A DNA stretch of 64,000 nt. Source: Candidatus Levyibacteriota bacterium (GTDB taxonomy: Bacteria > Patescibacteriota > Microgenomatia > Levybacterales > UBA12049). The number at the start of each line of letters is the position of its first letter. The first letter of the stretch is position 1. The notes below the pieces were generated by a model that did no database searches, was not told the DNA's origin, and saw nothing but the letters and a program-made list of their open reading frames with translations. The position numbers were made by a program, and so were the translations under genes. The DNA lies in NCBI GenBank assembly GCA_009695045.1, contig SIBS01000001.1:106942-170941 (forward strand), read 5' to 3'. Shown here in pieces: positions 40,160-51,021 of this stretch.

Positions 40160-41641
40160 ATGAATAAATTCCTGTGGAAAACAAAAATAAATACTATTAT
40201 TATTTTTTTCATAATAACTATTGGAGTAACAACAACTATATTATTAATAAAAGATAAGTCTATATTAATAGGAAGGGCTAATCCATCAAATATGCCAGAT
40301 AAGGTTAGAATTACCAATGTATCCGATTCTTCATTTACTGTTTCTTATATTACTTCGACAATGACATTTGGCACTTTATCTTATGGCATAAACAATGATC
40401 AAGAAAAAATATCACTTGATGATAGAGATCAATTATCTGGAATTATTAAGCAATACAAAGCTCACCATATAACAGTTCGTAATCTTGATCAAAATACAAA
40501 ATACTTATTCTCTATAATAAGTGCTGGAGAAAAATATACCATATCAGACAACGCGCCATATACAATTACAACAGGAGCTACAATATTTAATAAACCAACA
40601 AATCAAGAACCTCTTTCAGGTAAAATTAATACAAATCTTAATAAATCTTCCAATGATACAATCATTTATTTATCGGGTCAAGATACACAAGTATTATCAA
40701 CTACTACTGATAAAAATGGTCAATATATTATTCCGCTTAATGCAATTAGAACACTTGCTTTAAATAATTATAAATCTTTTGATAAAAATCAGGTATTTAA
40801 AATCCTTGCCATAGATAGCGAAACACAATCAACGATATTATTGTTAGCAAGTCAGGCAAAGCAAGTTCCATTAGTTATTTTGTCTCAAAGCTATGACTTT
40901 ACTATCAATCAGGCGCCAATTGCATCTATTTCTGGCACTTTTGGATTTCCTATTTTTACCGCTACACAATCTGCTAATAAAAATCCTCAAATCATTACTC
41001 CAAAAAAAGAAGAATCATTTAAGGATAATAGGCCTATTTTCAAGGGCACTTCTAATCCAAATGCAAACATAGAAATAATTATTAATTCTACAATTACAAT
41101 AAAAGAGAGAATAAAAGCTAATTCAATGGGATCATGGACATATCGACCAACTCAAATAATTTCTCCAGGAAAACATACCGTTTCAATAACTACTCCCGAC
41201 CAATTCGGCATATTAAAAATAATCACTCATTCATTTACGGTTTATGCATCGGGATCACAAGTTAGTCAAACTGCAACACCATCAGCTACTCCAATTATAA
41301 GTATTACAAAAAACCCAACTCCAACAATAAATATTGTAGTAATTCCCAGTATAAAAATTGTACCAATTTCAACAATTGCTCCATTGCCAACGGTAACGGC
41401 TACGATATCAGCATCAATCCCAAATTCATCTATTTCCCCAACGTCATCAATTATTGCTATTAGTGGAATAGCCACTCCTGCACCAACATTGATCCTGCCA
41501 ACACCAAAAATAATAAAAAAAACTAATCCACTAATTCCTTCTGTTGGAAGCTCCACAATGATAACGACCTCCGTTACTGGGTTTGTTATAATTGCCATTG
41601 GAATATTTCTATTTCTTATTACAAAAGGTAGCGCGTTATGA
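40160..41641 (+). CDS. Large cell-surface protein with N- and C-terminal TM anchors and fibronectin-III/Ig-like domains
   Basis: N-terminal TM and an FN3-like module (RITNVSDSSFTVSYI...HHITVRNLDQNTKYLFSI). T/S/P/I-rich linker. C-terminal TM (FVIIAIGIFLFLI) with no LPXTG. Confidence 0.4.
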   Translation: MNKFLWKTKINTIIIFFIITIGVTTTILLIKDKSILIGRANPSNMPDKVRITNVSDSSFTVSYITSTMTFGTLSYGINNDQEKISLDDRDQLSGIIKQYKAHHITVRNLDQNTKYLFSIISAGEKYTISDNAPYTITTGATIFNKPTNQEPLSGKINTNLNKSSNDTIIYLSGQDTQVLSTTTDKNGQYIIPLNAIRTLALNNYKSFDKNQVFKILAIDSETQSTILLLASQAKQVPLVILSQSYDFTINQAPIASISGTFGFPIFTATQSANKNPQIITPKKEESFKDNRPIFKGTSNPNANIEIIINSTITIKERIKANSMGSWTYRPTQIISPGKHTVSITTPDQFGILKIITHSFTVYASGSQVSQTATPSATPIISITKNPTPTINIVVIPSIKIVPISTIAPLPTVTATISASIPNSSISPTSSIIAISGIATPAPTLILPTPKIIKKTNPLIPSVGSSTMITTSVTGFVIIAIGIFLFLITKGSAL

Positions 41642-42927
41642 AGATTGGGATTATTGGAGCAGGCTTCACTGGATTATCAGCTGGCTATTACTTAACAAAG
41701 CTAGGTCATGATGTTACGATTTTTGAAAAAGACCCTCAACCAGGTGGACTTGCTATTGGATATAGAGAAAAAGGATGGCAATCGCCACTTGAGGAACATT
41801 ATCATCACTGGTTTATCAATGATAATTCAGCCATAGAATTAGCCAAAGAAATAGAACATGAGGTTATTATAAAAACACCAAAATCTTCTTTCTATGTTAA
41901 TGGAAAGTCATATCAATTTGATTCACCATTTTCCATGCTTACTTTTCCAAAGCTTCCCTTAATAGACAAGATTAGAATGGCAGCAATATTTGCAATCTTA
42001 TTTAGATTTAATCCATTTTGGAAAATTCTCGAAGGATTTAAGATTGCAACTACCATCCCTATACTTATCGGTGAAAAAGCATACAAACTACTCTGGGAGC
42101 CACAACTAATAAATAAGATGGGTGAATATGCGAAAAATATTTCACTTGTATGGTTTTGGGCTAGGATTAAAAAGAGAACCAAATCTTTAGCTTACCCAAG
42201 AGACGGATTTTTGTCATTCGCAAAACATATCGCAAAACATATTGCCATAAATAAAGGGGAGATGATTTACAAAACAGAAGTGTATAAACTACTTGAAAAC
42301 AATAATAAAAGTCTTAGTATTTTTACAAAGGATAGGCATGGTAGGGAAAAAAAGTTTTTATTTGACAAAGTTATAGTAACGCTTCCTACTCATCTATTTC
42401 TTAATATTGCTCCTCAATTATCGCAAGCTTATAAAAATTTATTTGAGCCATTAGATGGACTAGCAGCAACTAATATGGTGCTTCGCTTAAGAAAGCCTTT
42501 TTTTAAAGATAAAACATATTGGCTTAGTATATGTGAGGCCAATTCTCCGATCCTAGTCGTTATTGAACATACTAATTTTATAGATAAAAAGCATTATAAT
42601 GATGAACATATTGTTTATCTTGGCAATTATCTTAAATCAACTGATAAAAACTTTATCAAAAATAAAGAGGATCTCTTACAAATATATGACTCATTATTAA
42701 TAAAAATTAATCCTGAATATAAAAAAAATATAATAGATTATAGAGTTTTTCGAGCATATTTTGCCCAACCAATTATTCCCCTAAATTATTCTAAAATTAT
42801 TCCACCAAATACAACACCATTGCAGAATGTATTCCTAGCAAACATGCAGCAAGTTTATCCATGGGATAGGGGTACTAACTATGCTATTGAAGCAGGTAAA
42901 AATATAGCTAGATCTATTTTGCGATGA
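41638..42927 (+). CDS. FAD/NAD(P)-binding oxidoreductase (amine-oxidase / protoporphyrinogen-oxidase-like Rossmann fold)
   Basis: N-terminal dinucleotide-binding motif IGIIGAGFTGLSAGYYL...DVTIFEKDPQPGG. Length 429 aa. Confidence 0.6.
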   Translation: MKIGIIGAGFTGLSAGYYLTKLGHDVTIFEKDPQPGGLAIGYREKGWQSPLEEHYHHWFINDNSAIELAKEIEHEVIIKTPKSSFYVNGKSYQFDSPFSMLTFPKLPLIDKIRMAAIFAILFRFNPFWKILEGFKIATTIPILIGEKAYKLLWEPQLINKMGEYAKNISLVWFWARIKKRTKSLAYPRDGFLSFAKHIAKHIAINKGEMIYKTEVYKLLENNNKSLSIFTKDRHGREKKFLFDKVIVTLPTHLFLNIAPQLSQAYKNLFEPLDGLAATNMVLRLRKPFFKDKTYWLSICEANSPILVVIEHTNFIDKKHYNDEHIVYLGNYLKSTDKNFIKNKEDLLQIYDSLLIKINPEYKKNIIDYRVFRAYFAQPIIPLNYSKIIPPNTTPLQNVFLANMQQVYPWDRGTNYAIEAGKNIARSILR

Positions 42928-44654
42928 AATTATTTTTAAAGCATATAGATAAACCATTATTTTTATTAATCCTAATTACCACTATTGGCGCATTTCTCCG
43001 CTTCTATAAACTTGATTGGGGGAATGGTATTTTCACTCATCCAGATGAATACCATATTATTGCATCTGTAAATCAACTATTCTTTCCTAATCAGATGCAT
43101 CCACATTTTTTTTCATATGGCACATTTACCATTTATTTAATTTATTTAATAAAACAAATATTACTATATCTAGGTTACCATATACAGGATATTAATATAT
43201 TTTTAATTGGACGCTTTTGCTCAGCGATATTTTCAACTCTTACAATAATTATAATTTATAAAATAAGTAGATTTTTCATGAACCAGAGATTCTCGCTTGT
43301 CTCATCTCTACTAGCTGCCTTAACTCCTGGACTTATTCAGCAGGCACATTTTACGACACCTGAATCAAATCTTATTTTTTTCATGCTAGGGACAATTCTA
43401 TTCATTATGTATTTTTTAGAATATAAAAAATTATATTTTATTTTTACATCATCTATATTTCTTGGTTTTTCACTCGGAGTAAAGATCAGTTCAATCGTGC
43501 TATTGGCACCATTAACATTATCTATACTTATTTATTCATTTCAACACAAACTAAAGCCTAACTACGCAAATATTATACAAAAAAAAAGAGCCATAATATA
43601 TTCAGAAATTATACAGAAATCAATTATTATTTTAAGAATACTAATTATTATAATTTCAAAATTTATCGCATTAATTATAGGCAATATATGCATAATATTA
43701 ATTACCTTTGCAATTATTGCACCTTTTGTTTTTATTGATTTTCAGGGATTTATAAACAATTTACAATATGAAGGAGGCCTAGCAATTGATTCTATTCCAG
43801 TTTTCTACACTAGGCAATTTATCCATACATTACCAATTATTTTTCAATTAAATAAAATATTTCCATATGCATTGGGATTTCCACTTCTTTTCCTTGGCAT
43901 TGAAGGATTATTTCTAAGCCTAGTTCGTATAAATGATAAAAGATATCTTATCCTAATAATATCTTTTATTTCTATTTTTATTCCAAATGTATTTTTATTT
44001 ACAAAATGGACTAGATTTATCTCTCCAATCTTTCCATTTTTTTCTATTTTTTCCTGCTTATTTATTGAATTTATTTTTAGAAAAAATAAAAAAATATCTA
44101 TATTATTATTAATAATATTAATTACTACAACGATTATTTGGTCTTATGCATTTTTCTCAATATATCTACGTCCAGACGTAAGAATTGTTGCTTCATCATG
44201 GCTTGAAAAAAATTTACCCAATAATTCAACTATTATGATTGAGGGAGGAAACATGATCGATATTCCTCTGAGTGGCAATTTTAATCGTTCATCATATGAC
44301 TTCTATAATTTTGATTATGATAAACTTACAAGAATGAATATCTATAAAGGACTTGAAAATTCAGATTACTTTATAGTGCAAAGTAGAAGAGTTTTTCTAA
44401 ATCATCAAAGGTCAAGAGTTTATTTCCCGAAAACTGCACATTTTTATGATTTACTTTTTTCTAAAAAACTTGGATTTGAGGAAATTAAAGAGTTCAATTC
44501 ATATCCAATGTTAAGTTTTAATAACTTTAAAATAGAATTTCCTGATGAAAACGCAGAAGAAACATGGAGCGTATTTGATCATCCAGTGATACGAATTTTT
44601 AAAAAAATTAATCATATACAAAAAGAGGGGTTTGCAAAAAAATTTAATGAATAA
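42924..44654 (+). CDS. GT-C fold membrane glycosyltransferase (PMT/ArnT-like) with a C-terminal soluble domain. Paralog A.
   Basis: More than 10 TMs. Loop-1 DE motif (FTHPDEYHII). C-terminal tail ...ETWSVFDHPVIRIFKKI is shared with the next gene. Confidence 0.55.
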   Translation: MKLFLKHIDKPLFLLILITTIGAFLRFYKLDWGNGIFTHPDEYHIIASVNQLFFPNQMHPHFFSYGTFTIYLIYLIKQILLYLGYHIQDINIFLIGRFCSAIFSTLTIIIIYKISRFFMNQRFSLVSSLLAALTPGLIQQAHFTTPESNLIFFMLGTILFIMYFLEYKKLYFIFTSSIFLGFSLGVKISSIVLLAPLTLSILIYSFQHKLKPNYANIIQKKRAIIYSEIIQKSIIILRILIIIISKFIALIIGNICIILITFAIIAPFVFIDFQGFINNLQYEGGLAIDSIPVFYTRQFIHTLPIIFQLNKIFPYALGFPLLFLGIEGLFLSLVRINDKRYLILIISFISIFIPNVFLFTKWTRFISPIFPFFSIFSCLFIEFIFRKNKKISILLLIILITTTIIWSYAFFSIYLRPDVRIVASSWLEKNLPNNSTIMIEGGNMIDIPLSGNFNRSSYDFYNFDYDKLTRMNIYKGLENSDYFIVQSRRVFLNHQRSRVYFPKTAHFYDLLFSKKLGFEEIKEFNSYPMLSFNNFKIEFPDENAEETWSVFDHPVIRIFKKINHIQKEGFAKKFNE

Positions 44655-46332
44655 AAAAGAAAAAATTATACTTCTATTGATTATCTTGCTTGGAACATTT
44701 TTCAGGATATATGGAATTAATTGGGACCAAAATCAACATCTTCATCCAGACGAACGTTTTTTAACAATGGTTACTGAATCAATAAAATGGCCAAATAATA
44801 TTTATGAATATTTTTCAACTGATAGATCTACTCTAAATCCACATAATATGAATTTCTCTTTTTTTATATATGGTACTTTCCCTATTTTTTTAACCAAATT
44901 TCTTTCAGAAATTTTTAAATATACTGATTATAATAGTTTAACTATTTTCGGCAGATTTCTATCTGGATTTTTTGATATTTTAGTAATTATTATTGTTTTC
45001 CTAATTGGAAGAGTTATTTTTTCTATAAGAGCTGGGCTAGCTGCATCTTTTATATACTCAATTAGCGTTTTACCTATTCAACTTTCTCATTTTTATGCAA
45101 CAGATACATTTCTAAATTTTTTTTTAATTTCTAGTTTCTATCTATTAATAAGATATGTCTATTCAAGGAGTTATTTTTGGATAATACCATCTGGAGTAAC
45201 TTACGGAATAGCACTTGCTTCAAAAATAAGTGCAATAACCTATATTTCTTCTTTCATAATTATTTTTTTATTAATAATTAATTTAAAAAAAAGAATATTT
45301 ATATCAATTATTTATTTTTGTTTAATTATTTTTTTAACTTTTAGAATTTTTCAACCATATGCTTTTCTTAATAAAACTTTTTTTAATTTTAATCCAAAAT
45401 TTATTCAAAATTTACAGGAATTAAAATATATGTCTCAACCAGGGTCAACTTTTCCCCCATCTATTCAATGGAATAACACACCTAAAATTATTTTTCCATT
45501 AAAAAATATTATTTTTTGGGGGATGGGTATACCAATTGCAACTACTTCACTATTGGGTATAATATATGCAATATTTATTATCTTTAAAAAAAGAAAAAAA
45601 ATATTTAATAATTTTTGGGGTCAAGATAAAAAAACTATTATAACTATATCTATAATTTCAAATATAATAATAGTTTTTATTTTTCAAAGTATTCAATTCG
45701 TAAAACCTCTCAGGTATTTTATAATTATCTACCCATTACTCTCTATATTATCTGGATTAATAATAAATGATATTTTTAATTTTACGTATAAAAAAAACCC
45801 TAAAATATCAATAGTTTTAGGCTGCATATGGCTTAGCACTCTGATTATTTGGCCATTTTCATTTATTTCCATATATAGAAATAATCACTCTCGAGTCTAT
45901 GCATCTGAATGGATTTATATAAATATTCCACATAAATCAATTCTCGGTATTGAACATTGGGATGATGGACTTCCTCTTAGCCTAGACGTATCAAGAATTA
46001 ATAATTTATATAAATTTGAAGAACTACCCATGTTTAATGCTGACTCAGAAGAAAAATGGCTATCCCTAAATGAAAAATTTGAAAAAATTGATTATATTAT
46101 AATAACTAGCAATAGAGCATATGGATCACTATACAGGTTGCCAGAAAAATATCCTATAACCATTCAGTATTATAAAGATCTATTTAATGATAAATTAAGA
46201 TTCAAAAAAATAGCAGAATTTATATCTAGGCCATCTATTTTTGGCTTTGAATTTATAGACGATAATGCTGATGAAACATTTACTGTTTATGACCATCCAA
46301 GAGTAAGTATATTTAAAAAAATTAAATTATAG
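44632..46332 (+). CDS. GT-C fold membrane glycosyltransferase (PMT/ArnT-like). Paralog B.
   Basis: More than 10 TMs. Loop-1 DE motif (HLHPDERFLT). C-terminal ...ETFTVYDHPRVSIFKKIKL is collinear with paralog A. Confidence 0.55.
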   Translation: MQKNLMNKKEKIILLLIILLGTFFRIYGINWDQNQHLHPDERFLTMVTESIKWPNNIYEYFSTDRSTLNPHNMNFSFFIYGTFPIFLTKFLSEIFKYTDYNSLTIFGRFLSGFFDILVIIIVFLIGRVIFSIRAGLAASFIYSISVLPIQLSHFYATDTFLNFFLISSFYLLIRYVYSRSYFWIIPSGVTYGIALASKISAITYISSFIIIFLLIINLKKRIFISIIYFCLIIFLTFRIFQPYAFLNKTFFNFNPKFIQNLQELKYMSQPGSTFPPSIQWNNTPKIIFPLKNIIFWGMGIPIATTSLLGIIYAIFIIFKKRKKIFNNFWGQDKKTIITISIISNIIIVFIFQSIQFVKPLRYFIIIYPLLSILSGLIINDIFNFTYKKNPKISIVLGCIWLSTLIIWPFSFISIYRNNHSRVYASEWIYINIPHKSILGIEHWDDGLPLSLDVSRINNLYKFEELPMFNADSEEKWLSLNEKFEKIDYIIITSNRAYGSLYRLPEKYPITIQYYKDLFNDKLRFKKIAEFISRPSIFGFEFIDDNADETFTVYDHPRVSIFKKIKL

Positions 46333-46402
46333 ATAGCTATTAATCAAAATATATAATATATAAATATATTTCTACTCATTAAATAGATTTAGATATCAAT
46401 AG

Positions 46403-47164
46403 CTATTTAATCTTTCTTGCTGCAATAAATAAATATGGACCTTTTTTTGTATTTTTTGATGTATTTTGAGAAATAAATTTTACCAATGATTTTAAAAATA
46501 TCGTTTTCTGAGGGAATAAAACCCATCTATTAAAAATTAATTTTGTTATTATAGATGATATACTTAAATAGTGAGAGATATCAAATAATCCAATTATTTT
46601 TTTATTATCTAAATAGTGAGTTGAGTATTTTACCTTATAGCCTAATAAATTTAGTACTGAAGTCCATTTTTTTAAAGAATATAAATTATAATGTTTTGAT
46701 TTTTTTATAAAAAAATTTGAATAAATAGAACCAAATAGTTTTATTCCAAACAAATATTTTGGCCAAATATTTGTTGGTACAGTAAAATACATATTTCCAT
46801 TTTTTTTTAGTACCCTAGCTGACTCTTTAAGAACTTCATCAATATTAGGAATATGTTCAAAGCTTGAATTACAGATAATTGTAGAAAAATAATTATCTGG
46901 AAATGGAATTTTTTTTCCATCATATATTACAATTTTTTTATATACTTTTTTTTCTTTTGCTTCATTAATTTCACTATTTTTAACATCCAAGCCAATATCA
47001 ATTCTTCCAAATGCAATTTTAGCAAAAAATCCATCTCCACAACCAATATCAAGTATTGGTGCATTAAATGGCTTATATTTTTGATACAAAAATACTTCTT
47101 TTGGTCGTAAAAAAGAAAAGAAAATTGGCTTATTTTCTAAAAAATCAATTATGTATTTTTCCAT
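46403..47164 (-). CDS. Class I SAM-dependent methyltransferase
   Basis: Motif I ILDIGCGDGFF and a post-I acidic residue. Length 253 aa. Confidence 0.6.
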   Translation of the reverse strand: MEKYIIDFLENKPIFFSFLRPKEVFLYQKYKPFNAPILDIGCGDGFFAKIAFGRIDIGLDVKNSEINEAKEKKVYKKIVIYDGKKIPFPDNYFSTIICNSSFEHIPNIDEVLKESARVLKKNGNMYFTVPTNIWPKYLFGIKLFGSIYSNFFIKKSKHYNLYSLKKWTSVLNLLGYKVKYSTHYLDNKKIIGLFDISHYLSISSIITKLIFNRWVLFPQKTIFLKSLVKFISQNTSKNTKKGPYLFIAARKIK

Positions 47165-47181
47165 TTTTTTTATTATATCAT

Positions 47182-48315
47182 TTATAAATAAAGTATTTGA
47201 TGAAATTTATTTATTGTTTTTTTAAGAGAGAATATATTTTTAATTTTCTGCCTACTATATATAAATTTATGTTTATTTTTTAAAATATTTACTACTGATT
47301 CCACAATTGAAATAGTACTATTAGTTTTTATTAACATGCCCATTCCCGATAGCTGTATGGGGACCCTAACGCCTGGAATATTTGTTGCAACAACGGGAAC
47401 ACCACAATACATAGCTTCAACCTGAACCATACCAAAACTTTCAGTAGAATTGATGCTCGGCAATACTAAAACATCTATAACTGAAAAAAAAGAACCTACT
47501 TCTTTATTTTGCAATGCTCCAATGTAGGTAATATTTTTTTCAAATTTCTTTATCAGTTTTTTTATATATAAATTATATTCTTCTTCTCCGTTTAAATTAT
47601 TTGGTCCAGAAATAAGAATCGTAAAATTATTTCCTATTTTTTTAATAAAATATGGGACTGCTTTTAATAAATAATTTAATCCTTTTTCAGATGATATTCG
47701 ACCCAAGAAGCCAATTACATATTTTTTTTTAAAAAATTTATTACTTATCTTTCGTACGGTAATTTTACTAATTCTTGGTGATATTATAGGTGGAATTATA
47801 TATTCAATTTTTTTTAGAAAAAATTTAAGAACTGTCGAATTAACAGCAAAATCATTTGTATTTGTAATTATTTTATCAGATAAAAAACAGACGATAATAT
47901 TAATTAAAATTAATATTATTTCAATAATTTTATTTATTAATCCATCGGCAAGTTTTAATTCACATTGATATATGCAATATATTTTTTTCCTTAAAATTTT
48001 TGCTAAAAATACTGTTACTATTGATTCCGCCTGTGGCAAATGAATAATTACTATATCGCATAATAATAATTGATTAATTACATAAATAGGGTATGAAAAC
48101 ATAATAAATCCTTTATGAAGTTTAAAAGAATATGGAACCCTTATCAAGATAACGCCATTAATATAATCTAGTATTGAAAGATTTTTTTCATGCTGAGAGG
48201 TAAGAATATTTATATTAAATCCTTTTTTTACCAATTCTTCTGCTAGATTTTTTGTATAAATACTAAGACCACTTATGTATGGATAATAATATGTAAGTGT
48301 TATTAGAATTTTCAT
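47182..48315 (-). CDS. GT-B fold glycosyltransferase, family 4 (GT1/GT4 type)
   Basis: The C-terminal EX7E region (ESFGMVQVEAMYCGVPVV) and an N-terminal MKILITLTYYYPYISG are typical of GT4. The start is placed at the internal Met because the longer ORF would overlap the divergent HAD gene. Confidence 0.7.
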   Translation of the reverse strand: MKILITLTYYYPYISGLSIYTKNLAEELVKKGFNINILTSQHEKNLSILDYINGVILIRVPYSFKLHKGFIMFSYPIYVINQLLLCDIVIIHLPQAESIVTVFLAKILRKKIYCIYQCELKLADGLINKIIEIILILINIIVCFLSDKIITNTNDFAVNSTVLKFFLKKIEYIIPPIISPRISKITVRKISNKFFKKKYVIGFLGRISSEKGLNYLLKAVPYFIKKIGNNFTILISGPNNLNGEEEYNLYIKKLIKKFEKNITYIGALQNKEVGSFFSVIDVLVLPSINSTESFGMVQVEAMYCGVPVVATNIPGVRVPIQLSGMGMLIKTNSTISIVESVVNILKNKHKFIYSRQKIKNIFSLKKTINKFHQILYL

Positions 48316-48340
48316 ATGGTAATGATATAATGCATTATAT

Positions 48341-48880
48341 ATGAAAATTGGATTTGATCTAGATGGAGTTTTCATAAATAAACCATACTTTATTCCAAAA
48401 TATATTATTGAAAGACTTTATAGAACTGGAGAAAAAGTTTTAAACTATCGATTTCCAAATAATTTTGAGATATTGATTCGTAAGATTTCTCACAATCCCA
48501 TATTCCGCTCTAAAATTAAAGATAATATTAAATTCATAAATGAATTATCTAGAACAAAAAATAGTCTTTTTCTTATCTCAAGTCGTTTTAGTTTTTTAAA
48601 AAAAGAGACTGAGGAATTAATTATATATAATGGATTTAATAAAATTTTTAAAGGGATTTATATTAATTATCTTAATGCTCAACCACATATTTTTAAAGAT
48701 GAAGTTATAAAAAAAAATAAAATAAATATTTATATAGATGATGATTTTTTACTTATTAAATTTTTGGCAAAAGAAAATAAGCAAACAAAATTTTATTGGC
48801 TAAATAAAAATATTAATAAAAAGATTACAAAAAATCTACTTGCAATAACTAAATTATCGTATATAATACTTTCTCTATGA
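48341..48880 (+). CDS. HAD-superfamily-like hydrolase (putative sugar-phosphate phosphatase)
   Basis: N-terminal MKIGFDLDGV (DxDG motif I) and a C-terminal DDD region. Length 179 aa. Confidence 0.4.
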   Translation: MKIGFDLDGVFINKPYFIPKYIIERLYRTGEKVLNYRFPNNFEILIRKISHNPIFRSKIKDNIKFINELSRTKNSLFLISSRFSFLKKETEELIIYNGFNKIFKGIYINYLNAQPHIFKDEVIKKNKINIYIDDDFLLIKFLAKENKQTKFYWLNKNINKKITKNLLAITKLSYIILSL

Positions 48881-51021
48881 CTATCCTTGATTTTCTTACG
48901 ATAATTCAATGGTGGTCGATTCTTTTTTTATTAGGAGTTATTTTTATCCCAATTACTCAGACAATTTTTTCTTCTTTCTTTGATAAAGGATATGTATTTT
49001 CTAAAGTTATCGGATATTCAGTTTTATCATATGTTATGTTTTTATTATCTATCCTTCATTTTATTCATTTTACTTTTATATCACTACTTTTTATTTTATT
49101 TAATTTAATTATTTTTAATTTTTTAGTGGCAAAAAAAACAAGAACATGGACTTCAATAAGTAGATTAATTCCTCTTTTTATAGCAGAAGAGTTAATTTTT
49201 ATTCTTTGTCTTATTTCATGGTCATTTATAAGAGGGACTCAGCCGGAAATAATAGGTCTAGAAAAATTTATGGATTTTGGATTTGTTAATAGTATCTTAC
49301 GAAGCGAATACTTTCCTCCAAAAGATATGTGGCTTACTCCATATAGCATCAACTATTATTATTTTGGACACCTTATTACAGCTGTATTAACAAAAATTTC
49401 ATTAATAAATCCTAGCATTACTTATAATCTTATGATTGCAACTCTTTTTTCACTCTGCTTTACTCTTTCTTTTTCCTTAGGAACAACTCTTTGCTATCAT
49501 GCTTTTTTAATAAAAAAGGGTGTAATTATAAAAGCAAAAACGCTTTTTTCTTCAGGAATAATTACCGCATTTTTATTAACTCTATCCGGAAACCTACATA
49601 CCATATACTCATTATTTCTTCCGTATACACATGGTTATCCAATTCCAATTGGTGAACTTATTTTTTCTATTAATAATTTTCCAAATCGATATTGGTATCC
49701 AGATGCTACCCGATTTATTTATAATACTATTCATGAATTTCCTATTTATTCATTTGTTGTATCCGATCTACATGGACATGTCATAGATATTCCAATAGTA
49801 ATTACAATAATAGCTATTTTATTGAATGTTTTTTTAATAAAATCTGTTAATAATTATAAACTTATTATTTTAGGATTCTTTATTGCAATTGCCTTCATGT
49901 CTAACGTATGGGATTCATTAATATATTTTTTATTAATAAGCATTTTTATATTTTTGATTGATATTGATAAAAATTATTTGAATATCAATAATTTATTTAA
50001 ATCTGGTAAAAATATATTTATTGTATTTATAACTTTTTTATTATTCTCTTTTCCCTTTTCTTATTATTTTGAACCAAGCTCCTTAGCTCATGGAATTGGT
50101 ATTCTTTGTGCTCCCAAATTTTTAACAGATATTTCCCGTATCGGCCCTTTTTTATTTGAAATCAATCATTGTCAAAAGTCCCCATTTTATCAACTAGCTA
50201 CATTATATGGATTTTTTTATTTTTGGGTTTTATGTTTTTTAGGTTTTCTTTTTATCAAAAGGAGCATTAGGAAAACAGATATTTTTGTACTAATTATTAT
50301 TGGACTAAGCACGATATTAATTATTGTCCCTGAGTTTATCTATATTAAAGATATTTACCCAAATCACTATAGGGCTAATACTATGTTTAAGCTTGTTTAT
50401 CAATCTTTTATTATGCTTTCAATTTCATCATCTTATATCATGATAAGAATCTTGCACTCAGTAAAAAATAACATTGATTATTTTTATAAAAAAGTTATTT
50501 TATTTTTATGTATTATTCTAGGATCATGTCTTATATTAATAGTTAGTGCTTATCCATTTTTTGCAATTCCTTCTTTTTATGGAAAACTTGACTATAAAGG
50601 GCTTGATGGAATCAAATATCTAAAAAAATCATATCCCGATGATTATGAATCAATATTATGGATAAACAAAAATATCAAAGGTCAACCGGTCATACTTGAA
50701 GCACAAGGAGATTCATATACGGAATATGCAAGAATCTCATCAAATACGGGACTTCCTACCTTGCTTGGATGGACAGTCCACGAATGGTTATGGCGAGGAT
50801 CATATGATATCCCATCTCCACGCATTGTGGAAATTAAAAACTTATATGAATCAAATGATATAAGTATAGTAAAAAAATTAATTAAAAAATATTCCATAGC
50901 TTATGTTTTTATTGGATCGCTTGAAAAAAGAAAATATATTAATCTTAATGAAAAAATATTTAATAAATTAGGATTTATTATTTTTAATAAAAAGGGGTCA
51001 AAAATTTACAAAATCTATTAA
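48877..51021 (+). CDS. Giant polytopic membrane protein of the Chlor_Arch_YYY / DUF2298 type (putative GT-C-like glycosyltransferase)
   Basis: 714 aa with more than 15 TMs, a YYY motif (PYSINYYYFGHLI) and a C-terminal extracytoplasmic domain (GLPTLLGWTVHEWLWRG). Confidence 0.5.
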   Translation: MTILDFLTIIQWWSILFLLGVIFIPITQTIFSSFFDKGYVFSKVIGYSVLSYVMFLLSILHFIHFTFISLLFILFNLIIFNFLVAKKTRTWTSISRLIPLFIAEELIFILCLISWSFIRGTQPEIIGLEKFMDFGFVNSILRSEYFPPKDMWLTPYSINYYYFGHLITAVLTKISLINPSITYNLMIATLFSLCFTLSFSLGTTLCYHAFLIKKGVIIKAKTLFSSGIITAFLLTLSGNLHTIYSLFLPYTHGYPIPIGELIFSINNFPNRYWYPDATRFIYNTIHEFPIYSFVVSDLHGHVIDIPIVITIIAILLNVFLIKSVNNYKLIILGFFIAIAFMSNVWDSLIYFLLISIFIFLIDIDKNYLNINNLFKSGKNIFIVFITFLLFSFPFSYYFEPSSLAHGIGILCAPKFLTDISRIGPFLFEINHCQKSPFYQLATLYGFFYFWVLCFLGFLFIKRSIRKTDIFVLIIIGLSTILIIVPEFIYIKDIYPNHYRANTMFKLVYQSFIMLSISSSYIMIRILHSVKNNIDYFYKKVILFLCIILGSCLILIVSAYPFFAIPSFYGKLDYKGLDGIKYLKKSYPDDYESILWINKNIKGQPVILEAQGDSYTEYARISSNTGLPTLLGWTVHEWLWRGSYDIPSPRIVEIKNLYESNDISIVKKLIKKYSIAYVFIGSLEKRKYINLNEKIFNKLGFIIFNKKGSKIYKIY

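Noticed and set aside
41266-41598. 110-aa minus-strand ORF inside the FN3 surface-protein gene
   Set aside because: Antisense artefact of the T/I/P-rich linker region. No independent support.
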